This document shows, in pieces, positions 29,593 to 36,132 of a stretch of 36,132 nucleotides of DNA. Position 1 is the first letter of the stretch. The number at the start of each line of letters is the position of its first letter. The translations under genes were made by a program, and so were the position numbers. The notes under the pieces were generated by a model that was not told the DNA's origin, did not search any database, and saw nothing but the letters and a program-made list of their open reading frames with translations. The stretch comes from a virus (lineage: Duplodnaviria; Caudoviricetes), in IMG/VR virus record IMGVR_UViG_3300018059_000029, positions 1 to 36,132 of that record; one strand, given 5' to 3'.

Positions 29593-29972
29593 AGCGACTC
29601 GATTTCTTCTTCGTAGTCGAGCCAGTCGACTTTCAGTTGTTGAGCCAAAAGGCGCTCGATGCCAGAGGCGAATTGATGCTGCTCGTAGTACGGAGCCGCA
29701 GCGTTGTCACCAGCTTCGTCCTCTGGCTCGTGATTTCCAAGCAAGCGATCGACTTCGAACTTTTTGTCAAAAGCGTCCACATCAGCCTGAAGCACGCCAG
29801 CACGTTTGCAGAGCAGTGCCTCGATGAGCTCGTGCACCGCGATGCAGGACTCACGCCAGCGCGTAGCTAGCTTGCTCACGCGAACGTGGAGATCCTCGCC
29901 GTCGAACCACCAGTCACCTGCGGTCGGGTAGCGTTGCTCCTCGTGTGGAATGACCTTAATGATTATGTTCAT
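29589..29972 (-). CDS. Small HExxE zincin-like protein
   Basis: IPH..QRYPT.GDW, IAVHELIEA, PYYEQHQFA; 4-nt overlaps with both neighbours. Confidence 0.6.
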   Translation of the reverse strand: MNIIIKVIPHEEQRYPTAGDWWFDGEDLHVRVSKLATRWRESCIAVHELIEALLCKRAGVLQADVDAFDKKFEVDRLLGNHEPEDEAGDNAAAPYYEQHQFASGIERLLAQQLKVDWLDYEEEIESL

Positions 29973-30589
29973 TTTTTGTGCTCCAGCTGGAGACGCGCCC
30001 GCGTCTCGAGTTTGGCGAAGGTTTCTTGAAGTTTCGCGGCGTTGTTGGCGTAGATGAAAATGCCGCCGGTGAGCTCCGCGATTTGTCGCAGGAGGTCGAG
30101 TCCCTCCGCGCCGATGCCGACGGTGTCGATGCGGATGTGACGATCGCGGCAGATGCGTGCCATAGCGAGAGCGTCGGTCTTGTCACCAGCCTCGCCGTCG
30201 GAGAGCAAAATGATCCGATTTGGCTCGCTTTGAAGCGCAAGTTTTAGCGCGGTTCCGTAGTAGGTTGCTCCATGCGGCTCGAGAGAAAGTGTGGCGACCT
30301 TGACCATGCTGAAATGGTCGGTGATTTGGCAGCGCAAGCTCGGCGAAGAGTTGAAGCTGATGAGGCCAAGTTCTGTAATCGCGCGGCTGGACGAGTCGAT
30401 GATGAGGTGCAAAGCGTCCACAACCGCAGCGATACGCGAGGTGTGGTCAGCTGCCTCGAAAGTGTTTTCCATCGAGAACGACGTGTCGATGACACACATG
30501 ACGCGCTCGACGCCAACTTTCTTGACCAGCGCTTTTGACGGCTTTGCGACCTCCTGGTTTCGGACGCTAAGGCTGCTCTGAATTTTCAC
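29969..30589 (-). CDS. von Willebrand factor A (VWA) domain protein
   Basis: AAGGAGG RBS plus GTG at 30589; MIDAS DTSFS, GAT, LSDG; IDTVGIG, L..IA..TGG. Confidence 0.9.
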   Translation of the reverse strand: MKIQSSLSVRNQEVAKPSKALVKKVGVERVMCVIDTSFSMENTFEAADHTSRIAAVVDALHLIIDSSSRAITELGLISFNSSPSLRCQITDHFSMVKVATLSLEPHGATYYGTALKLALQSEPNRIILLSDGEAGDKTDALAMARICRDRHIRIDTVGIGAEGLDLLRQIAELTGGIFIYANNAAKLQETFAKLETRARLQLEHKK

Positions 30590-31740
30590 AACGCCTCCTT
30601 TATCTGTTTCCACAGAACGTTCAACTCTGCCATCTGTTTGTCGTTGCCGCCGCGGTCGCTGTGGAAGCGAAGCGCCGCGTCTCTGTACGCCTTTGTCATC
30701 GCTTCGACGCCGACGAGCTTCGCGAACTTGCCGAAGGCGTCTGTTGGCGCGGCAAGGACAACTTTTGGCCCGGCTGCTGGTCCGGTGAAGTGGCAAGTAC
30801 CAAAGATCGCCTTGATCTTGTCCCTCACCTGGTCGACAACCTGCGGCGCGATGTACCAGATCTTTGCTTCGCCGTCCCAGTTTTTGTGCTGTCTCTCGAC
30901 GAGCTTGAGCCACTCGACGAACTGGATGTTGTAAGGCGTGGCGACAGCGTAGGTACCAGTGGGTTCGTCCCACCAAATGCGGGGTGCGGTTACTCTGGGC
31001 ATGTTCTGAGCCTCCTCTCTAAGTAAGTGGTCACAAACTGCAACCGTCAAGCTGCAGCGACGAGCAAAGTGGTCGATGTCGTCGTAGTTCAGGTACTCGT
31101 AGCCGAAGCAAAGAAAAACACGACTGTCAACGCGGCCGGCCTGCGAACTAGACCAAGTATCTAGGTTGATGTTGTCAACAAACAAAGCTGCGCGAAGTCT
31201 GTGCTCCATTGGATGCGCGCGCTGCGCGTCCGCGGTGCTGTCAGTTATGATGATCGTTGGACCATTTCGTCGGCCTACAACAGCATAAGCTACGTAGTCA
31301 TCATAAGGGCCAGCTACTAAGTCTGAGATCTCCTTCGTTGCAGTTCCATTGAAGATCGCGTAAGCAAGCGCGTCAATGATGTCACCAACACCAAAGCCGA
31401 GACTCTTGGCAAAGTCTTGAAGCTTGGCAGGGTTGAATCGGATGCTTTGTGGATGAATCTTGGCCATGTCAATGCCCGTAAACTGATTTATTAACCCATC
31501 GCTCCACCACTGTGCTAGATTCTTAAGCGCAGCTGAGCGATAGTCATTGCGCACACGTTGCGCGTTGAGAAGATCTGCAGCGATTGTAGGCTGAAGTATA
31601 TCTACAAAAATCTTCTGTGACCACAACCTTACCGCATCCGCGTTGGCTGAAGTGCTAGAGCTCGGCGGCGGTGGTGACGTCCTCGCCTTCGCCTTCGCTC
31701 TCTTCTGCTTCCGTCTCCTCCGCGCTCGCTTGCTCGGCAT
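30586..31740 (-). CDS. Composite protein: basic arm, MCP-like fragment, unknown domain, HARP-like domain, J-domain-like C-terminus; probable second start at 31002
   Basis: Residues 36-89 align to this phage's MCP; PYN..FVE.LK......WD...K.W; KAYRDAALRFHSDRGG...MAELN; GAGGAGG RBS before Met247. Confidence 0.7.
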   Translation of the reverse strand: MPSKRARRRRKQKRAKAKARTSPPPPSSSTSANADAVRLWSQKIFVDILQPTIAADLLNAQRVRNDYRSAALKNLAQWWSDGLINQFTGIDMAKIHPQSIRFNPAKLQDFAKSLGFGVGDIIDALAYAIFNGTATKEISDLVAGPYDDYVAYAVVGRRNGPTIIITDSTADAQRAHPMEHRLRAALFVDNINLDTWSSSQAGRVDSRVFLCFGYEYLNYDDIDHFARRCSLTVAVCDHLLREEAQNMPRVTAPRIWWDEPTGTYAVATPYNIQFVEWLKLVERQHKNWDGEAKIWYIAPQVVDQVRDKIKAIFGTCHFTGPAAGPKVVLAAPTDAFGKFAKLVGVEAMTKAYRDAALRFHSDRGGNDKQMAELNVLWKQIKEAL

Positions 31741-33142
31741 AGACCGCCCTCAATCTCTGTTCCGCGGACTTCGCGTAATCCTCAAAAAGATCAATCCCAA
31801 TGAACTCACGCCCGTTAAGTACAGCAGCAACACCACACGAACCAGACCCAACGAATGGATCCAAAACAATGTCACCAAGTTCAGAGCCAGCCAATATGCA
31901 AACACGCGGCAACTCCTCTGGGAACGCGGCGATGTGTTGACTATCCCCTGTCGGTGCGAGGTCGATTGGCCACACGGAGCGAAGCTTTCTTTTCATTGGG
32001 TCGGCGTTTAGCCAGTCTTGGTTGTTGAATTTGTATACATCCGCCTTGCTGAACATGAAAATGTACTCGTGAATGTTCACGGGGCGGTCCGTCGTTCCCT
32101 CCGGTGTCGAGGAGGACTTGTACCAGATGACGCAAGATCGGAGCCACCAGCCACGCTTCCGCATCTCGAAAGCAAACATCCACGGAATGCCCACGAGGTC
32201 CTTCTTTTTCATCCCAGCAGACAACGTCAACTTCATCGAATCCATCTGGACAGACGCTCCGTAGGCCGTAGCGTACACGAACCCCGTTGGAGCGCCACCT
32301 TTGCTCTCGTCCGCGTACGTGTCGTCGATGTTGACCCATGCTACGCCGTCCTTTCTGAGAACGCGGAACACTTCATCAAAGATGTCCACGAGCTTCTTCA
32401 CGTAGAGTTCTGGATCGGGCTCGAGTCCAAGCTGGTCGACGTGACCATAGTCGCGCTGAGCCCAGTAAGGCGGCGAGGTGACGCAGCACTGCACGCTGTC
32501 GGCTGGGAGGGACCGAAGAACCTTAAGTGCCTCGCCATGGTGAATTTTGAAGGGCAAGTCTTCGGCCGGAAGGCGCATGGTTTGCCGCGCGAGAAGCTCT
32601 CTCTCAATGAGGCGTGAGAGTCGCTTGAGCTTCCGGAAAGCCATGACCTTGCTCTCCTCGCTGGCAAGCTCAGGAAGCACACCAATCGCGCGGGCAAGTT
32701 GAAGGTCCCGACTCACATTGCCGGGCGTCTCATGGAGCTCCTTCGCGGTGTCCACGATACCCCACTTACCTTCGCCCTTTTGCTCTCCTTGCGCTTTGCT
32801 GCCATGGAGTTCGCGTTTGACCTTGTCGATTCGAGACTTGAGCTCGATTTCCTCTTGCCAAGAAAGCTCCTTGCGCTGGAGGTTTTCTTCGAGTTCGACT
32901 TCAAGGCGCTCAAGCAGGCCGAGGTCTTTGAGAAGTCGAACTGGAACAAGCTTCCAGCCGAGCTCTTTAACTGCCTCGTAGCGACGGCCGCCGGCGACGA
33001 GGTTGCCTAGATCGTCAACAACGAGTGGATGGAACAGCCCATTGCGGGCGATGGAATTCTTCAAATCATTCAAGTCCCCGTAGTCCTTTCGTGCACGCTC
33101 GCCAACTTTGATCTGCTCGAAGGGAAGCTCAAAGAAGTTCAT
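31655..33142 (-). CDS. ParB/Srx-like domain plus HTH fused to N4C/N6A DNA methyltransferase
   Basis: R.RKD.GD...L..SI...G...P, LVAGGRR..A, ELEENLQRK.L.W.E; TSPPYW, H.A.FP..L, VLDPFVGSGS; AAGGA RBS before 33142. Confidence 0.9.
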   Translation of the reverse strand: MNFFELPFEQIKVGERARKDYGDLNDLKNSIARNGLFHPLVVDDLGNLVAGGRRYEAVKELGWKLVPVRLLKDLGLLERLEVELEENLQRKELSWQEEIELKSRIDKVKRELHGSKAQGEQKGEGKWGIVDTAKELHETPGNVSRDLQLARAIGVLPELASEESKVMAFRKLKRLSRLIERELLARQTMRLPAEDLPFKIHHGEALKVLRSLPADSVQCCVTSPPYWAQRDYGHVDQLGLEPDPELYVKKLVDIFDEVFRVLRKDGVAWVNIDDTYADESKGGAPTGFVYATAYGASVQMDSMKLTLSAGMKKKDLVGIPWMFAFEMRKRGWWLRSCVIWYKSSSTPEGTTDRPVNIHEYIFMFSKADVYKFNNQDWLNADPMKRKLRSVWPIDLAPTGDSQHIAAFPEELPRVCILAGSELGDIVLDPFVGSGSCGVAAVLNGREFIGIDLFEDYAKSAEQRLRAVYAEQASAEETEAEESEGEGEDVTTAAEL

Positions 33143-33356
33143 TTTTTGTGTCCTTTCGGGTCGCGAGAATTTGGCGAAGCGCGTCGAATTCGGCTTCGAG
33201 GAGCTCAATTGTGAAAAACTTGTAGTTGCACGCAAGACAAAGTCGCCGCCGCCTCATGATACCGAGGTTGCGAAGCTCGCCGGGCAGGAGGCGCCCTCGC
33301 GCCCCTTGCGTCCGGCGAACGGTGGTTGTGAGCTGGTTGCACTTGGGGCAGATCAT
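33129..33356 (-). CDS. NrdR-like N-terminal zinc-ribbon protein without ATP cone
   Basis: MICPKC.....V..T ... RRRRLCLAC..KF.TIE. Confidence 0.75.
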   Translation of the reverse strand: MICPKCNQLTTTVRRTQGARGRLLPGELRNLGIMRRRRLCLACNYKFFTIELLEAEFDALRQILATRKDTKNELL

Positions 33357-33381
33357 GGCAGCTTCTCTACGCGCGTTTTTT

Positions 33382-33837
33382 TCATGCTGCCCTCTTTGAC
33401 TTGTTTCGTAGAATTGTAAGTTGTGTTGAACTGACAAGCAAGCCAGCGCACTCTTGTGCTGTCCAAGTTAGGAACTTTTTCTTGCTCAACTTCCGCGCGA
33501 ATGCTTCAAGCTCCTTCAGCTTGCGAAAAGCGACACCTTTGGAATCGAAGCTTGCGAGCTGAGGAATGTGCAGCAGCGCAGTTGCTAGCTGAATGTCGCG
33601 GCTCACGTTGCCGGCGGTCTCGGACAAGGCCTTTGCGGTATCGACGATGCCCCACTTCTTGGAACTAAGTAGGCCCGGCTGCTCACCTTGTGTCTTGCCG
33701 CCATGCCGCTCACGCATCAGCACATCAAAAGCGGCTTTCAAGTGAACCTCAGTTGGCCAGCCAATGCTTGCCCAGTCCTTGCGCGTGGCAACGAACCAGC
33801 TAAGCTCTTTGGGCAAACCGATGACTTTGTTCTTCAT
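33382..33837 (-). CDS. Stand-alone HTH protein paralogous to the HTH region of the ParB-methyltransferase
   Basis: 34 of 48 residues identical over KWGIVDTAK...AFRKLK by manual alignment; GAGG RBS. Confidence 0.8.
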   Translation of the reverse strand: MKNKVIGLPKELSWFVATRKDWASIGWPTEVHLKAAFDVLMRERHGGKTQGEQPGLLSSKKWGIVDTAKALSETAGNVSRDIQLATALLHIPQLASFDSKGVAFRKLKELEAFARKLSKKKFLTWTAQECAGLLVSSTQLTILRNKSKRAA

Positions 33838-33847
33838 CTGCGACCTC

Positions 33848-34294
33848 TTAGTGCTTCGCCCCGATCGCCATCATCGCGCGGCAGAAGACGCGGTCGAGGT
33901 TCTCCTCGACGACGAGGTCGTCCACGCCGGCGCCGCCGAGCTTGTCCATCTGCTCCAGCGCATTTGCCGCGTGGAAGAGCAAGTGGTTAAGATGGTCGCG
34001 TCTCGAAATGAGGCGCCAGTTGCCAACGCCACGCTTGACCGCGCCACGACTGAGTACATGAGCGAGTCTATGGAACGCGTTCCAGTCGATGAGATCGTAC
34101 TTCCCTTCGACCTTGCTCTGCCGGCCGCCGAGCGGGTTGATCTCAATGCCGCGCGCAAGTGGATCGGCATGGCTGACGATCTCAGGTGCTGTAGGCGCGG
34201 CTGGCCTGTCCAGGAGGTCGTGCGCGGCTTGCAGTCCGTCTGAATGGCCCTCGTCGTAGGCGCGGTTGATGAGTTCACGTTCTTTCTTTGTCAT
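33848..34294 (-). CDS. DUF5664-like dATP/dGTP diphosphohydrolase-domain protein
   Basis: GGRQSK...YDLI...A..RLA.VL..GA.K.G..NWR...HLNH...H; AAGGAGG RBS. Confidence 0.65.
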   Translation of the reverse strand: MTKKERELINRAYDEGHSDGLQAAHDLLDRPAAPTAPEIVSHADPLARGIEINPLGGRQSKVEGKYDLIDWNAFHRLAHVLSRGAVKRGVGNWRLISRRDHLNHLLFHAANALEQMDKLGGAGVDDLVVEENLDRVFCRAMMAIGAKH

Positions 34295-34390
34295 GCTTTT
34301 CCTCCTTTTGAAGGCAAGTCCCCACCTACTTGCCTACTGTCCCTAGCCGTTTGAACACGCTGTTCTCCCCTAAGGACACCCATCGAATCG

Positions 34391-34960
34391 TTAGCGCCGA
34401 ATCGGCGCGTAGTGCTCGACGCGGTTGTACATCTTCGGCTGCCCGTCAGAGTCGACGTCGCCCGGCTTGTTGGACTTCTCCGCGATGATGAGAATCATGC
34501 ACCGCCAGTTCAAGATGCCAGTCTTCCCATCGGCGTCCTGCCGAACGACACCCACGTCATCGACCGGACCCGCGTTCCAGGTCGTCTGACCCTGGCCGCT
34601 GCAGTTCGGGCAGGCAACGCCAGCCTTGTTGATTTTGCTGGTCTCCTTCGACACCTTGCGACCCTCGGTGAAAGTGTTGCCGCAGGAGAGACACTGACGC
34701 TCCACGCGGCATGCGTCGAGGACTTCGTCGAGAAAGCCGGCGGCCTTGGTCGAGAGGGAGATGGTGTCGAATTGAATCTTCCGCCCGGCCCAGTCGCCTT
34801 CGTCGATTTCCCAGGTCACGGTGAACATCTTCTCTGGCGACCCGCGCTGGATGGACGCCTTGGAGTCACCGTACGTGGCCTCGACCGGGTGCGCGGGGTA
34901 CCACTCTTTGGGAATGAGTTCGAAGCCTTGAACATCCGCCAAATTGTGTTGAATCTTCAT
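34391..34960 (-). CDS. DUF669-like ssDNA-binding protein with inserted Zn ribbon
   Basis: GGAGGAG RBS; FELIP..WY, W.I.EG...GRK.QFD, YNRV; CLSC...CPNC insert; follows AAA_24 gene. Confidence 0.7.
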   Translation of the reverse strand: MKIQHNLADVQGFELIPKEWYPAHPVEATYGDSKASIQRGSPEKMFTVTWEIDEGDWAGRKIQFDTISLSTKAAGFLDEVLDACRVERQCLSCGNTFTEGRKVSKETSKINKAGVACPNCSGQGQTTWNAGPVDDVGVVRQDADGKTGILNWRCMILIIAEKSNKPGDVDSDGQPKMYNRVEHYAPIRR

Positions 34961-34991
34961 CTCGTTTCTCCTCCGTTGGGTGAAGTTAAAC

Positions 34992-35012
34992 CTTTTTGCA
35001 CCATGCAAAAAA
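34992..35012. promoter_or_regulatory. Palindrome CTTTTTGCA-cca-TGCAAAAAA upstream of the SSB-like gene
   Basis: 8-bp perfect arms, 1 mismatch to consensus; intergenic. Confidence 0.7.
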
Positions 35013-35067
35013 GCTACTGCGGGGGACTTCGATTGTGCACCTTTGAGCCTCCTTATTAGAGTTCCAT

Positions 35068-35844
35068 CTATTTCTCCATTTTGGGAGGAAACAAAATAGA
35101 CCAGTCAGCTGGAATGAGTCGAGGGGTTTCCCGGTCTCGCACGCCTGCGCTCTTGATGAATCCGTCCGGCACGGTCAGCCACATGGTGGACGTTTTCTGG
35201 GTTTTCGGGTCCAACTCCTTTCGTGCCCAGACTGTCGCGTCGAACATCCCGCCAAGCTGGCCGGCGAGCTTGCCGATGGTGTCAGGGATGGTTGTGATCT
35301 TCCCGAGCAACTCGTCCCGCTCCGTCGCCTCGTGTGCGTTGAGGACGAAGTTCGTGAAGGGCAGCCCAACGCAGGCTTCACAAATTTCGCGAATCTTCGC
35401 CATTGCCTGGCCCCAGTCCTGGTAGACGGGCTCTTTGCGGTTGTTGAGCGCGAGGACGAACTCCATGCACTTCATGCCAAGCACGTCAAGCGAGTCGATG
35501 GCGAGGGTGCCTGGTGCCTTGTCGGCCGGCATGTCGTAGATGCCATTCACCCAGTCGATGAACGTCAGAATGAGATTTGACTCCTGCGGCCGGTGCTGCT
35601 CACGAGTGATCTTGGCTGAGCCCTTCGATTCGAAGCGGAAGATAAGAATCTCACCCTTAGGTGAGTCCCCGAGAGCGCCGGAATTTTGATCGAAATCTCC
35701 GATCCACACGGGCTTCGGGCAGGTACGGAGAGCTCGAGTTTTGCCCACGAGAGGAGCCCCGATCTGAAATAGGCTCCGCTTCTTCGAGCGCGTCTCGCTG
35801 GCGTCGAACATCTGAGGTGGGGAAGAAAGCTGTGCTAAGGCCAT
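35068..35844 (-). CDS. AAA_24 / Sak4-like P-loop ATPase
   Basis: AAGGAG RBS; GAPLVGKT, LAIDSL, QDWG, LNAHE, GKL...L.GMFD. Confidence 0.85.
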   Translation of the reverse strand: MALAQLSSPPQMFDASETRSKKRSLFQIGAPLVGKTRALRTCPKPVWIGDFDQNSGALGDSPKGEILIFRFESKGSAKITREQHRPQESNLILTFIDWVNGIYDMPADKAPGTLAIDSLDVLGMKCMEFVLALNNRKEPVYQDWGQAMAKIREICEACVGLPFTNFVLNAHEATERDELLGKITTIPDTIGKLAGQLGGMFDATVWARKELDPKTQKTSTMWLTVPDGFIKSAGVRDRETPRLIPADWSILFPPKMEK

Positions 35845-35912
35845 GGAGCGTCTCCTTTGCTTCGGCTGCCGCTGGACGGCGCCATTTGAGGAAGGTAACT
35901 TCGTTGTCCATG

Positions 35913-36132
35913 CTAGTCTCCTGAAGTGAAGTGGAATCCTTTCGGCCCACGGTGAGGAAACAGATTGATCGTATTGGGATTCATGTGGCCAGTGCAGATT
36001 TTCCGGAAAGGGCACTCGCCGTAGGCGGTGCACTGGTTGGTTGACTTGGGGTAGAACTTGTCAGCCCGAGTCTGTCGAAGCTGGGTGATCCACCAGAACG
36101 TTTCTGCCTCGAACTCGTCGATGTCGAGCTGC
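35913..36132 (-). CDS. Cas4-like / PD-(D/E)xK exonuclease, C-terminal part (truncated by window edge)
   Basis: Manual translation from 36131 gives ...FYPKSTNQCTAYGECPFRKIC..., an Fe-S-type Cys motif; upstream of AAA_24 and SSB. Confidence 0.7.
   Translation of the reverse strand, partial: QLDIDEFEAETFWWITQLRQTRADKFYPKSTNQCTAYGECPFRKICTGHMNPNTINLFPHRGPKGFHFTSGD

Noticed and set aside
30590-30976. N-terminal 129 aa of track ORF 29969..30976
   Set aside because: Overlaps the J-domain gene in another frame; RBS and GTG at 30589 mark the real VWA start.
34312-34335. 8-bp hairpin AGGCAAGT/ACTTGCCT as a terminator
   Set aside because: No U-tract follows on the coding strand; function unsupported.
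35657-35911. 84-aa ORF with AGGAG RBS overlapping the AAA_24 gene
   Set aside because: About 190 nt out-of-frame overlap and no motif; cannot support it as a gene, though the start looks plausible.
35913-36132. CRISPR-Cas association of the Cas4-like gene
   Set aside because: No repeat-spacer array or other cas genes; nuclease, AAA_24 and SSB form a common phage recombination trio.

Overview
The whole window is part of a tailed dsDNA phage genome with podovirus-like gene order, in two convergent arms meeting at about 26080. The + arm (1-26082) is morphogenesis and lysis: a partial ATP-grasp (PurD-like) enzyme, probable scaffold, N4-gp56/DUF4043-type major capsid protein (MCP), small basic peptides, head-tail adaptor, a tail nozzle gene apparently split by a 1.8-kb insertion, GNAT-like protein, probable ejection proteins, a fibre, several signal-peptide-bearing Cys-rich fibre-like proteins, membrane proteins and an M15 endolysin. 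The - arm (36132-26079) is replication and accessory: Cas4-like nuclease (partial), AAA_24 ATPase, DUF669 SSB-like, DUF5664-like pyrophosphohydrolase, stand-alone HTH, NrdR-like Zn ribbon, ParB-methyltransferase fusion, a composite J-domain protein, VWA protein, HExxE protein, UDG-fused PolA and DUF3987 helicase-like protein. Best leads: (1) a replication-arm gene carrying a miniaturised copy of the phage's own MCP in frame with a J-domain; (2) six fibre-like genes with Sec-type signal peptides; (3) the split nozzle; (4) a dispersed 21-bp palindrome; (5) an eight-hairpin MCP leader. All family assignments come from motif recognition by eye; no searches were run. No tRNA, rRNA, CRISPR array, integrase, terminase or portal was recognised.
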